Assembly (NCBI RefSeq): GCF_964213995.1
Contig: NC_135810.1
Coordinates: 87,110,001 to 87,174,000, forward strand
Reading direction: 5' to 3'
Origin: Mustelus asterias
Lineage: Eukaryota
DNA: 64,000 nt
Shown here: piece after piece, positions 37,090 to 48,012 of the stretch
Position numbering within the stretch: the stretch's first letter is position 1
How the letters are laid out: each line of letters starts with the position of its first letter
The notes under the pieces: model-generated
What the model was told of the DNA's origin: nothing
Database searches by the model: none
What the model saw: only the letters and a program-made list of their open reading frames with translations
Program-made: the position numbers and the translations under genes

Positions 37090-37440
37090 CTTTTTTTATT
37101 CATTCATGGGCCAGCATTTATTGCCCACCCCCAATGTTGCCCTTGTTTAGAGGGCAGTTGAGAGTCAACCACATTGCTGTGAGCCTGGAGTCACATGTAG
37201 GCCAGACCAGGTAAAAATGACAAATTTCCTTCCCTGAAGGACATTAGTGAATCAGATGGGTTTTTCCGACAATCGACAATGGTTTCATGGCCATCAGTAG
37301 ATTCTTAATTCCAGATATTTTTTGTTGAATTCAAATTCCACCATCTGCCGTGGCGGGATTCGAACCCAGGTCCCCAGAATATTAGTTGAGTTTCTGGATT
37401 AATAAACTAGCGACAATACTACTAGACCATTGCCTCCCCC
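37090..37440 (-). mobile_element. Second tRNA-derived SINE family, full length
   Basis: Head ggggaggcaatggtctagt..GGTTCGAATCC; tail gggcaataaatgctggccc..gaatgaataaaaaaa. Confidence 0.9.
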
Positions 37441-38338
37441 TGAAATGATATTGTATCATTTAGGTTTGGCCTGGTAGCTTACAAGGGGGACAAAGGTTTC
37501 TATTTGCATTCATGCTGCTAATGTAAATATTCCACGTTTATTTCTCACTGTCCAGAGTAGAAAGTTGATGAGCTACAAAGTGAGCTTTTAAACAGTTGTA
37601 TTAGAACTTCCATAGGGCGCTACAGTGGCTGTTTGGAAAAAAACTGCAAGTTGGCTAAAATAGCCACTTCCATTATTTATTCAGGGTTACTGCTGATTTT
37701 CCACAAATGTTACAGCCATAGATTGGGAGAACTCCAGGAACATCTCAGCATTGTTTTTTGCTGATAGGTTTACCAGTGGTGGTGGCAGGAGTGTCTGAGC
37801 AATGGTGCATATGCACCCATTGACCCAGAGTTCAGTAGCTGCATCCGGTCTGGTTGTCAGCTGAGATTTAGATCTGAGTTCCCTATCTTGGTCATAGTGG
37901 TCGATAGAAACGAGGTGAAACCTCACAGAGAGAGAACAAGCATCTGAAGAATTACTCTACAATATTCTGGCACACCACCTGGTGGCATTGGCCGTCTTCT
38001 GCAAGTGTGTCCCATTTCCATCTTGTAGGTACAGGAAATAGTGACACTGAGATTAATGAGAAAGAAGAGGGTTTAAAAAAAACAATGGATTTTTGTCTGT
38101 GTGTTCTAATGTTTATTGATGGTGGCAGTGGTGTGTGCACCCAGAGATTCTACTTATACAACAGAACCTGCTCTAGTGTTACATCATGAGCTGGTTATAT
38201 TTCCTAACGACCTGGGAAGCTTCATGGGTTTGCATGTGATCAGACTGGCTTGCTCTGGCTTCCTCTGGCTTGCTTTAGTGAGTAACTAACTTAATTTCCT
38301 CAGAATCCTGAGGAAATAGCATCCTAAAGAAATATACA

Positions 38339-38590
38339 CCACAGAATCACAGAATTGTTACAGTGCAGAAAGAGGCCATTCAGCCCGTCACGTCTGCGCT
38401 GGTTCTCCAAACGTGAATTAAGCGGTTATTGGATAGGCACATGGAGCACACCAGGATGATAGGGAGTGGGATAGCTTGATCTTGGTTTCAGATAAAGCTT
38501 GGCACAACATCGTGGGCCGAAGGGCCTGTTCTGTGCTGTACTGTTCTATGTTCTATGATTTAGTGCCATTCTCCTGCCTTTTCACCTTCA
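38339..38590 (-). mobile_element. Old CR1 3' tail carrying a young plus-strand CR1 tail (38418-38557)
   Basis: cacagaatcacagaattgttacagtgcagaaagaggccattcagccc, as at 52040; the insert matches 9097-9236. Confidence 0.8.
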
Positions 38591-38945
38591 GCTCTCAGCT
38601 CAGTTGACAACACTTTTGTCTTTAAGTCACAAGGTTCTGGGTCAAGTCCATGTCCAGGGTTTGAGCATAAAAATCAGCTGCTGTGCAGGATGAAACATTA
38701 AACTGATGCCCCAATCTGCCCTGGCATGATTTTGAAAAAGAGCAGAGTGGGCATCTCTGCTGTCCTGGCCAATATTTATCCCGCAATCTGCATGGCTGTT
38801 TTTGGGAGCTTGCCGTGTCCAAACCTGTTGCCACGTTTCCGACATTGCCACACTGCCACACTTCAAAATTTGCTTCATTGGCTGTGGAGCGCTTTGCGAC
38901 ATCCACTGATTGTGAAAGGTGCTGGGCAAAAGCAAGTCTTTCTTT
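38591..38945 (+). mobile_element. Deu-domain SINE (SacSINE1/AmnSINE1-like), near full length
   Basis: tRNA-like head, gtcctggccaatatttatccc Deu core, L2-type tail cttcattggctgtggagcgctttg..tgaaaggtgct. Confidence 0.7.
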
Positions 38946-38975
38946 TTCTTTACTTGCACCTTATAATGAAATATA

Positions 38976-39111
38976 GGCCGAAATTCTCCCGTCTTGCTCG
39001 CTGCGGGAATCATAGTGGACAAAACAGAAAACTCGATGGACCATTTAAAGGTCTGTTGAGGTCGGGCAGAATTTCCAGCCTTGGGGCACGCACAGCCAGA
39101 GAATCCCGCCC
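38976..39111. mobile_element. 136-bp MITE
   Basis: TIRs ggccgaaattctc / gagaatcccgccc; perfect ATA TSD; same family as 14449 and 47075. Confidence 0.82.
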
Positions 39112-39240
39112 ATAACCCCTTCCGAAGCAACATGCCAGTGATTGATTACTGCCGTAACCATCAAAAGTGTCTCATGTTCAGAGGCAGAATAACGTAACTA
39201 GATGACAGTTCTATTATGATCTATTCCTTGAGTTATCAGA

Positions 39241-39458
39241 GTAAGAAGTCTCACAACACCAGGTTAACGTCCAACAGGTTGATTTGGAATCACAAACTTT
39301 TGGAATGCTGCTCCTTCATCAGGTGATCATCATCACTCACCTGATGAAGGAGCAGCACTCCGAAAGCTCGTGCGTCCAAACAAACCTGTTAGACTATAAC
39401 CTGGTGCTGTGAGACTTCTTACTGTTCCCAACCCAGTCCAACGCCGGCATCTCCACAT
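39241..39458. mobile_element. Penelope family A fold-back element
   Basis: Inverted arms of about 86 bp (39241-39326 / 39337-39422) plus tail; 14-bp TSD cttgagttatcaga / cttgagttttcaga. Confidence 0.88.
39338..39372 (+). ncRNA. Minimal hammerhead ribozyme motif
   Basis: cac-CUGAUGA-A-GGAG-cagca-CUCC-GAAA-GC-UC-gug; predicted cleavage after C39369. Confidence 0.7.
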
Positions 39459-40022
39459 CTTGAGTTTTCAGAAAATGTTTGCCTGCAAGCGTTATAATGC
39501 TGTATTAATGAGAGCCGCAGAATCTTTAAACACTTCAAAATACTGCTACAATGACATTTCTAGTTACCTGTAACTCAAAATGAAGGTGGTATGTACTTTG
39601 TAACAAAATTCTAAGCTTGAGTGCTCCAATATTTACATAGTCACTTACCCAGAAAGAAGTATTACAAAATAATGAACTATGCATGCCCATTTGTGGGTTA
39701 GAGATTGGGCGGGACTAATGCCTAACCATTTGACTCCACAGCTACCATGCTGCAGATCCTTCCTGGGCTTTCGTTAAGGTGGTTTTGTACAGGTAGGTTT
39801 ACTGGTGCTGGGATACTTGCAAAGGTGGTCACTGCAGCTAACTGAAGGACTGGGATGTTTCAGGAGAGCAACAGACAATGGGGGCCGAACCATGTTGTGA
39901 GAGTTCACAGGATTTTCCAGATTCTTGTGTGCAGCTGTGAACTTCCTTTGAACAGCCCTGAGGGCCAAAGCATTGAGACTGTTGAGCAGAGTGCTGGGAA
40001 CCCCATTGTTTAGACTCTAAGT

Positions 40023-41055
40023 CAGTGATGGGCAACTTAGGCTGGTGAGTGGGTCTCATGAGCTGTCTTCCTTCATGTAAGTGGGCCACAAGATTGAAAT
40101 CAGGCTTGTTCATTAACCATGGCTCCATGAATAAGGTTAAATACATTTAATGCACACCGAATATTTCATAACAAGTTAGAAACATAGAAACATAGAAAAA
40201 CTACAGCACAAAACAGGCCCTTCGGCCCCACACGTTGTGCCGAACATATCTCTACCTTTTAGGCCTACCTATAACCCTCCATCCTATTAAGTCCCATGTA
40301 CTCATCCAGGAGTCTCTTAAAAGACCCTATTGAGCTTGCCTCCACCACCACTGACGGCAGCCGATTCCACTCGCCCACCACCCTCTGTGTGAAAAACTTC
40401 CCCCTAACATTTCCCCTGTACCTACCCCCCAGCACCTTAAACCTGTGTCCTCTCGTAGCAGCCATTTCCACCCTGGGAAAAAGCCTCTGAGAGTCCACCC
40501 AATCTATGCCTCTCAACATCTTATATACCTCTATTAGGTCTCCTCTCATCCTACGTCTCTCCAAGGAGAAAAGATTGAGCTCCCTCAGCCTATCCTCATA
40601 AGGCATGCCACTCAATCCAGGCAACATCTTTGTAAATCTCCTCTGCACCCTTTCAATCTTTTCCACATCCTTCCTGTAATGAGGTGACCAGAACTGAGCA
40701 CAGTACTCCAAGTGGGAGTTATAGAAAATGCTAAATCATTTATATATTACTTGAACTATTATCAACTTCAAATGGTAAAAACACAAAATAAATATTTGTA
40801 CTTTGGGCACAGACAGAGCGCACGGCTCTCACAGTCAATGTTGTGAGTAATCAGCATGCACCTCACTTCACTTGCTCTTGTCTTATGTGCATATTAATTC
40901 AGTCATACCGGTCGGAAAAAAAACTACACGGATGGAAATCAGTGGAATGTGGCAACTTTGCGCATGGGCTATGGTCAACAAAATGTCTCGTGAGCTGCAT
41001 TCAGAACTGAGATGAGGCCGCATGTGGCCCCTGGGCTGCAGGTCATCCACCACTG
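40023..41055. mobile_element. hAT (Charlie-like) non-autonomous DNA transposon
   Basis: TIRs cagtgatgggcaactt / aggtcatccaccactg; 8-bp TSD ctctaagt / ctctcagt; ggccgcatgtggccc subterminal motif. Confidence 0.82.
40179..40717 (-). mobile_element. CR1 LINE 3' end nested in the hAT element
   Basis: Uninterrupted frame EYCAQFWSPHYRKDV..RGDLIEVYK..FFTQRVVGEWNRLP; (agaaacat)n tail; possible agtta TSD. Confidence 0.95.
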
Positions 41056-42366
41056 CTCTCAGTAGAGGAGTGGCAAAAGCTATCAAGGTGACACTAAATT
41101 TGCTGATAAAGCCTTCATTCAACTCCTTATCTCTCATACTCACTCTTCCTGTCAGCACCTTGAGAAGCTCAACTGTGCAAAGGATAATTCACTCAGGAAT
41201 TATCCAAACTCACACTTCTGTCAACTCACAGCCTGCATGAGGGCTCCTGTAGGTCTTCAAGGCATTATTTAAAGAGACGATGCACCTCTCCTCATTATGG
41301 GATGTATGAGGAAATCTCAATGCCATTCAGATGTCTCCCTCCTTCCAAAAGAAACATTTACCCATAATCATTACTTGCGAAATGCAGTGATGGAGGAAGA
41401 TCATCACTGATAACTCTTAGAAGAGGCTTTAGACAGGTGGACAGGAAAGCCAAAAGGTGATGGTAAAATTAGAGACAAGGTGGCAACAGAAGGCTGGCAA
41501 AAGTAGATGAAATGTTGATTTATAAATATAGAGGGTAGTTTTTATGTGCGCACAGTAAAAATGCGGGTAGTGGGCAGAATGGACAGACAACAGAAGTAGT
41601 CAGTGTGTGACCAGTGCAGTTTTCCAGAGTGCTGATTATTAACATGGGGTGGCAGAGCAGACACATAAAACTCCCCAGAGGCAGCTTGTTAACTTGGAGC
41701 CAGAAAGTCAGGCGGTATTTCCACCTCCGGGGGTGTTACAGCAGCTGAAAGGAAAGGCGTGCTTTTATGTTGTTGTAAAGTGAAAAATGGGTAAATGTAC
41801 CCCGACTAACCTTGACCAGTTGGCCGTAAACCTTTTTAACTCCATACAGTCAGCTCATATCTGCCTTCATCATTGCTGACTCTCCGAGTGAAAATCTGCA
41901 TAACCCCCTAATATCAGTGTGCATCATCCCACCTCAATGCTCCTGAGCTATGATCCATACCAACACATTTATATCCTGATGCTCAACATTACAGCATTTA
42001 CCATTAGTGACTTTGCACTCACAAGGCTATTGGGAATGTGTAGTGGTGTAGCACTGGGCCACAGGTTCTGGAATGTGATCCTTCACCTCAACCTTTGGCA
42101 ACTCTGTGATGCGAATTTCATTTGCTGATGTGATGTAGTCATTTGAGCTGTTGAGCCTAATCTCAATGTGCATTTGCTAGCGAGATGGGATGCCAATGCT
42201 GAGGGTGGAATTGGGCTAAGAGTGAATGCTGTTGATGTGTGCTCTTTATTATCGGTGATGCTGAAGCATCAGGACTCCATGATCTGTCTGCATTGCTGGA
42301 ATTGTGTGGGCCGTGGCTGGCCATCAGGGGGAAATGATTGTGTGGAAGAGGAGGCATGTTCCTGTG

Positions 42367-42676
42367 TTTAAAGTTTATTTATTAGTGTCAGAAGTAGGCT
42401 TACATTAACACCGCAATGAAGTTACTGTGAAAATACCTGAGTCGCCACACTCCGGCACCTGTTTGGGTACACCGAGGGAGAATTTAGCATGGCCAGTGCA
42501 CCTAACCAGCATGTCTTTTGGACTGTGGAAGGAAACTGGAGCGCCCAGAGGAAACCCACGCAGACACGGGGAGAATGTGCAGACTCCACACAGACAGTGA
42601 CCCAAGCCGGGAGTCGAAACCTGGATCTCTGGTGCTGTGAAGCAGCAGTGTTAACAACTGTACCACCGTGCTGCCC
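42367..42676 (-). mobile_element. V-SINE, alternative tail
   Basis: Reverse complement of the 8495/23784/61124 type, including the aaagtttatttattag end. Confidence 0.92.
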
Positions 42677-43289
42677 GTGTGTAGCAGGTAGGTGTGTGAA
42701 GATGCTCCTCATGAGGTCTTCCACGCTCGGTGAGAGCTGAGGCTGACTGCAGCACCGCATCCCTCACTGACAGTGCCTGTTTATCAATGTCATGAGGATT
42801 GAAGTAACATTGAGGACTCAGTGCGATTAACAGGCAGGACCACTGAGAGAATGTCCTCAGCTGTCTTGACCCAAATCTCCCTTCACATTGTCAACATCAA
42901 AGCCACATAGAAAGCGTTGCCCCACAGCTAGACATTGCTCTCCTCGAGATGCTTTGTCAAATTGAAGACATACAGCCAGGAGCACACTGAGGATTGTATT
43001 TCAGAATCTGTCTCTTGTAGGCTGCCATAGCAACTGGGATGCTGGAGAGATGCTTGAAGATGCTGCACCATCTGATGTGTGATGCCGAGAAGGCCACCTG
43101 CAGTTAGTACCACATTTTGACAAGGTAACATGCTCTTGAGTGTTCATCATTCTTCAAGGGGTGAGGACATGGTGACCCTAATATCACCCCACATTCTAAG
43201 ATTGAAGTGGATGGTTGAAATGAGTAGCATAGCAATGTAACTGGCAATGTGGGCTCAGCATGGAGTCCAGTGACCCACAAGCATAATCA

Positions 43290-44560
43290 CTGCATCTGTC
43301 ATCGTCCTCCAGGAAGCTGGGGGCTATAAGCACCTCACGTGTACGCCTGCCTCACTTGGTCCATTCTATGGTCTCCAGCCTCAGTTTCTTCACCTCATCG
43401 CTGTCAAACCTCCTGATGTCCTCATCTTCAGAGGAGATGTGCAGCTTGTCTATCTTGTCATCTGGAAAGTCCTGCTCCCTTTGCAGCACCAGGTTATGCA
43501 GGGTGCAGCAAGCTAGGATGATCCATGAGACTCTCTGGGAAATGGTCTGGAGTGCGCTGTCAGATTTGTCGAGACATTGGAATCGCATCTTCGAGATGCC
43601 GATGGTTTGCTGTACCAGTGCTCATATAGCCAATGAGCATTGTTGTACCTTTCCTCAGCTGGTGTTTGCAGCTGCCTGCCAGCTGTCATCAACACATCTT
43701 TTGTGAGTTCCCTTTGTCACTGAGGAGCCAATCTTGGATTTGGTGTAGTGTCTTGAAGATGTTCGGAATCTGCAGTTTATTCAAGATGTAGGAGTTTCAT
43801 AGATTATCATAGAATCCTACAGTGCAGAAGGAGGCCATTCGGCCCATCGAGTCTGCACTGACCACAATCCCACCCAGGCCTTATCCCCATAACCCCATAC
43901 ATTTACCTTAGCTAGTCCCCCTGACACTAAGGGGCAATTTAGCATGGCCAATCCACCTAACGCATACATCTTTGGACTTGGAGTTGATGCAGCTTCCTGG
44001 GTATCTTGCACATACCTGCATGGTGGGATTCTGGTGGGCACAGACCAGCTTCACATTGAGCAAGTGGATGCCTTTCCCCTTATGCATTGCATTGGCTCTT
44101 TCCAGGGAGATCTTAAAGCCACATGAGTGCAGTTGATGGCACTCTGAACCTGTGGGGATTCTGGGACCGCAGCGAATTCCAGTGCTCAGCCTGCCTGGCC
44201 AGTTTGATCTTCAGCGAAATACACTCAATTGTGCACCTTGGCAAGGAGGGCATCCATAACCTCCTGTATGCTCCTGTGAATGGATGCCTCAGCAGTCCCC
44301 AGCAGAACCCTGAACAGTGCCATTCATGTAGAGGTTAAAAGCTGCAGTGACTTTGACAGCTACTGGCAATGGGTGTCTTTCCTTCCCCACAGCATCAACT
44401 CCTGCAGAATGTGACAGATCCCTGGACATACAGAAGCATCAACAACACGGATTAGCACTGTCCTGGAGGAATGTGTCTTCTGTACACCCTCGGCCTTGCA
44501 CTCAATGGATCTGAGAGCTTCACCCTTTTGGTCCGGAGGGGGGCCCTGCTGTCCCTTGAT
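43290..44560 (-). pseudogene. Harbinger (HARBI1-like) transposase pseudogene, near full length
   Basis: AVKVTAAFN..QVQSAINCTHVAL..CARYPGSC..SYIL..QTPAEERYNNAH..MRFQCLDKS..IILACCTLHNL; many frameshifts and a SINE insertion. Confidence 0.9.
43797..43979 (-). mobile_element. 5'-truncated HE1 SINE inside the transposase
   Basis: Tail half only; 6-bp TSD ggagtt (43791-43796, 43980-43985). Confidence 0.9.
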
Positions 44561-44777
44561 GCACCTCCCTTTACCGAGCTTGGCACTGGTGTCACTCTCT
44601 TCTCTGCTGGAGTGAGTGAGCATGAGTCTGCAAAGTCCCTCTGCCCATTGCTGACTCGTGAGTGACTGTGGTTTAAAAGGATTTATTTCAGCTGAGGAAC
44701 ATCATTGCCACAAAAATGGTGCAATGACAGTTCTCAGGATCACAGTCGGCACCTTCCCCCCTCCTTTTGCCATGTAC

Positions 44778-45124
44778 CATAGAATCCCTACAGTGCAGAA
44801 GGAGGGCATTCAGCCCATCGAGTCCGCACTGACTCTCTGAAAGAGCACCTTAGCTAGGCTCACACCCCTCTGCCTCCCCCTCCCCATCCCCGTAACCTCA
44901 TGCATTTATTATGGTTAATTCACCGAAACTATGCATCTTTAAATGAAGGGGCAACCCACCATGACCAATCCATCTAACCTGCACAGCTTTGGACTGTAGG
45001 AGGAAACCAGAGAAAACCCACACAATGTGCAAACCCCACACAGACAGTCACCTAAGACTGAACTGAATCTGGGTTCCTGGTGCTGTGAGGCAGCAGTGCT
45101 AGCCACCGTGCTGCCGTGCCACCC
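44778..45124 (-). mobile_element. HE1-type V-SINE, diverged
   Basis: Head, shortened V-domain and CR1-type tail. Confidence 0.88.
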
Positions 45125-46524
45125 TACTGGTCTAAACTGTGTTCTCCTTCTGGGGCGGGGGGGGGGGGGGGGGGTGGAATTTCTACACTGAGACAAGGGC
45201 TTATTACAAAGAGATCGATTTGTAACATGTAATAGAATTCATAGTGCATGAATGCGCTTTATGAATTAAAGTTCCTGTTTACATCTATTGTGTTATTAAA
45301 ATGTTCCTAATCTGTCTCATCTATGCATCCCTCCTCATTTAGTAATATAGATAATTGGGTGTCCTTTAAGTCAGTTCCCCCGTGCAGTGATCCGCTTCCC
45401 TCAGACATCCAAAGAGCCTTCCCCTGTGTTTTCATTGTTTCATTTTTCTAATGTGCCACAGCTTCAGGTTGCAAGATGGTGGTGCTGATGCTCTACTGCC
45501 ATACCAGCTTCCACCCTCCCTGTGTTACTGTCCCATTGTTTCCCATACCCTCCCATTGTCCTGGAGGTCCATAATGTTCAGGTTCCTCCCTTCCAGTGAC
45601 TCTCTGTCCTCCCCCTGCAATAGTGATCTCATTGTAAGAGTGGTGGATATCCCTGTCTTACCCTCTGAATCATTTGAGGTGGATGTGCCAATGTCCCATG
45701 TTGACATTACCCCTCCTCACCTTGAGGCTTTTTGAACAGGTCCATATAGAGATCGACCCCTCCAGCCCCTTCCATGAGACCATCGAGTGCCTGTCCCTAC
45801 ACTACCTGTTCCCAATCTATAGGCTTCAGATGCCTCCCCTGAATGTGACCCAGTGTGGTCAGAAACCCCCTGAACCAACATGCATGAAGTGGTGACCAGG
45901 CTCTGGCTGGGCACAGCTGACAATGGACATGCCCTCTGCCTCCCTGGACTGGGACAAGGACAGCCTCTACAAGCACAGCAATCTAAACTGAAGCACTTCT
46001 TTACTTGACTCACTTCCTATGCAGGCCCTGACTTGGATTTAGGATTCTGTTCTCGACTCATTTCCTATTCTGGCCACAGGACATTTGCACAACACCCGTG
46101 AGCCCCCATCCCCAATTGTGTCTGAGCGCACCCTCCCCCAGTATTCCCCAATCCCTCCCTGTGAAGCCTTTGCATTCCAACCCTTACCTCACCACTACCC
46201 TATCTTCCCTGACACCCCCTCCCCACCACCCCGCCAATCCAGTCAAGCCCTTTCCCTCCGGCTCATTTCAACTACCACCCACCCCCTCCGACCTTACCGC
46301 TGGTCCAGTACTTAGAACCTTGGCTCTGAAACCACCATGAAATCATTGTTCTGTTGCCTGCACAGCATGGAAAAGAGTTGCTGTGATGTTAGGTAGGCGG
46401 ACATACCTCGAAGTCACGAGTTGAAATACAGTTCGCCAGGTGCGCATCCCTTATATCCATCTGATTGTGAATGATGCCGGTCGAATTAGATGCCGGTGTG
46501 GTCTTTCAATCCAGTGTGGGTGTG

Positions 46525-46745
46525 TGATTCCAGTAAGCTGCCTTTATAATGAGCATTCATGATATTCAAATGTATTCAAATGTCATTCCCGACACAGCGC
46601 AGCGGGAAACACGTGCCGCCATTGAAGTCTGGAGCAGAGGATTGCGATATTTTCATATCGATGTAAAACTGACGTTTGTGCTCCTGTGATATTTTCCTCT
46701 CTCTCACCATCACACCTTCCTCTGACACGAGCAGCAAATCCCACC
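46525..46745 (-). mobile_element. Harbinger element terminal region
   Basis: Reverse complement aligns by eye with 14696-14925 (ggtggga..aatatcac.ggagc..ctgctccaga..caatggc..ctcatt.taaagg.). Confidence 0.65.
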
Positions 46746-46959
46746 GAATATTTTATGAAATGAGCTTACCATCACCATGGAGACACCATCCTGTGACCCA
46801 AGGACGCCTGAAAAATATCCAACCCCAAAATTTGCTTCAGTCATTTTTCTTGGCCTAATTACTGTTCCGGAATCCTTTGCAGAACGTGGATATTGTGGAG
46901 CAGTCGTGAGTATGACTTGCTTGGCAGCTGCACCAGGTTGATGTTGAGGAAGACATATG

Positions 46960-47018
46960 CCAAACACATGCTTGGCACATGTCAAATACATGCTTGGCAC
47001 ATGTCAAATACATGCTTG
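46960..47018. repeat. 22-bp tandem repeat, about 2.7 copies
   Basis: caaatacatgcttggcacatgt repeated. Confidence 0.85.
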
Positions 47019-47074
47019 TCTTCAGGCAGCACAAAAGATTTACTTTTCAAACTAACACATTTTATTAACTTTAT

Positions 47075-47196
47075 GGGCTGAGTTTTCCCATCCCACCCGC
47101 CACAGGAATCGTAGTGAGTGGAACACGGACCATGCGAATGACCGTTGACCTCTGATTTTCCAGTCTTGGGGCGAGCACAGCCAGAACATCCGACCC
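47075..47196. mobile_element. 122-bp MITE
   Basis: Homologous to 14449-14574; flanks TAT/TAC. Confidence 0.78.
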
Positions 47197-47199
47197 TAC

Positions 47200-48012
47200 A
47201 GGCCCTATTTTACCATTTTGATTCTAAGACTTGAAACTGGGAGCGATTCAGATCCGACTTTTAGACCCATTGTCAGGTGCCCCCATACGCATACTGCCTG
47301 AAAAAATATCAGCCATTCCGAATCGCGCTGCACAAGCCTGTGGGCGGGGCTTAACGCGCCCAAACTCCTGCAGCTCCGATCGGCGCCTCCAACTGCACAT
47401 GTGCAGAAAAAAGATAGAATGTGGCTCCACTGCCACATCCCTCCTGGGCCGGATCATGCCTCCCCTTGGCCCCCACAGACATTGCCTCACTGCCACAACA
47501 TTACTGACCCACTGCTCCCCCCTCCCCCCCCTGCCCCCGCCACCCAGACCAATCGCGGGCCCCTCCTCCCCCTCCAGCCCCCACTGATCTCAGGCAGAGT
47601 GGCAGCGGACCCATCTTCCCCCCCCTTCTCCCCCCCCCCCCACCCCCACACTGATCTCAAGCAGAGAGCCGCCAGACACTCGGCACCTACCTCCTCACTA
47701 ACTGGAGCGCCCGAATCGGACTTCTATGGAGCATATCTGTTTCACGCCAATTCTGGATGAGCGAACGCGGTGGTAAAGGGGGAGGTGCCGATAAAGCTGG
47801 GCGTGCAGCCCAGTAAGTCAATTTAAATGTATGCAAATGCATTTAAATGGCTGTCACGCCCGTTTCGGGAGCGGTCCCCATCACTATCATTTTTGGGCCT
47901 TGGTAAAGGGGAAACCAGCGCAGAGGCGGGTGCGGATCGCACTGCTTGCCTCACACCTGACTTTACCAAGTTTTACCTGAAAATTGGCGCAATTTGATGA
48001 TAAAATTGGCCC
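47200..48012. mobile_element. 813-bp CpG-rich Harbinger-type MITE
   Basis: TIRs ggccctattttacca / tgataaaattggccc; flanks TAC/TAT. Confidence 0.82.

Noticed and set aside
37687-37926. 79-aa ORF in unique sequence as an exon
   Set aside because: No recognisable protein and no convincing paired splice signals
39241-39422. Pre-miRNA or class II MITE explanation for the palindrome
   Set aside because: The 14-bp TSD, asymmetric tail, single-arm relatives and hammerhead core fit a Penelope-type retroelement better; small-RNA production is not excluded
40265-40711. 148-aa ORF as a host gene
   Set aside because: It is the CR1 ORF2 C-terminus of a 5'-truncated insertion, with no true start or promoter
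43290-44560. Functional domesticated HARBI1 gene
   Set aside because: Multiple frameshifts, altered catalytic motifs, a SINE insertion and a nearby transposon terminus
45450-46450. Second Myb/SANT partner gene between the terminus and the transposase
   Set aside because: The position is plausible but no Myb/SANT motif could be read in any frame
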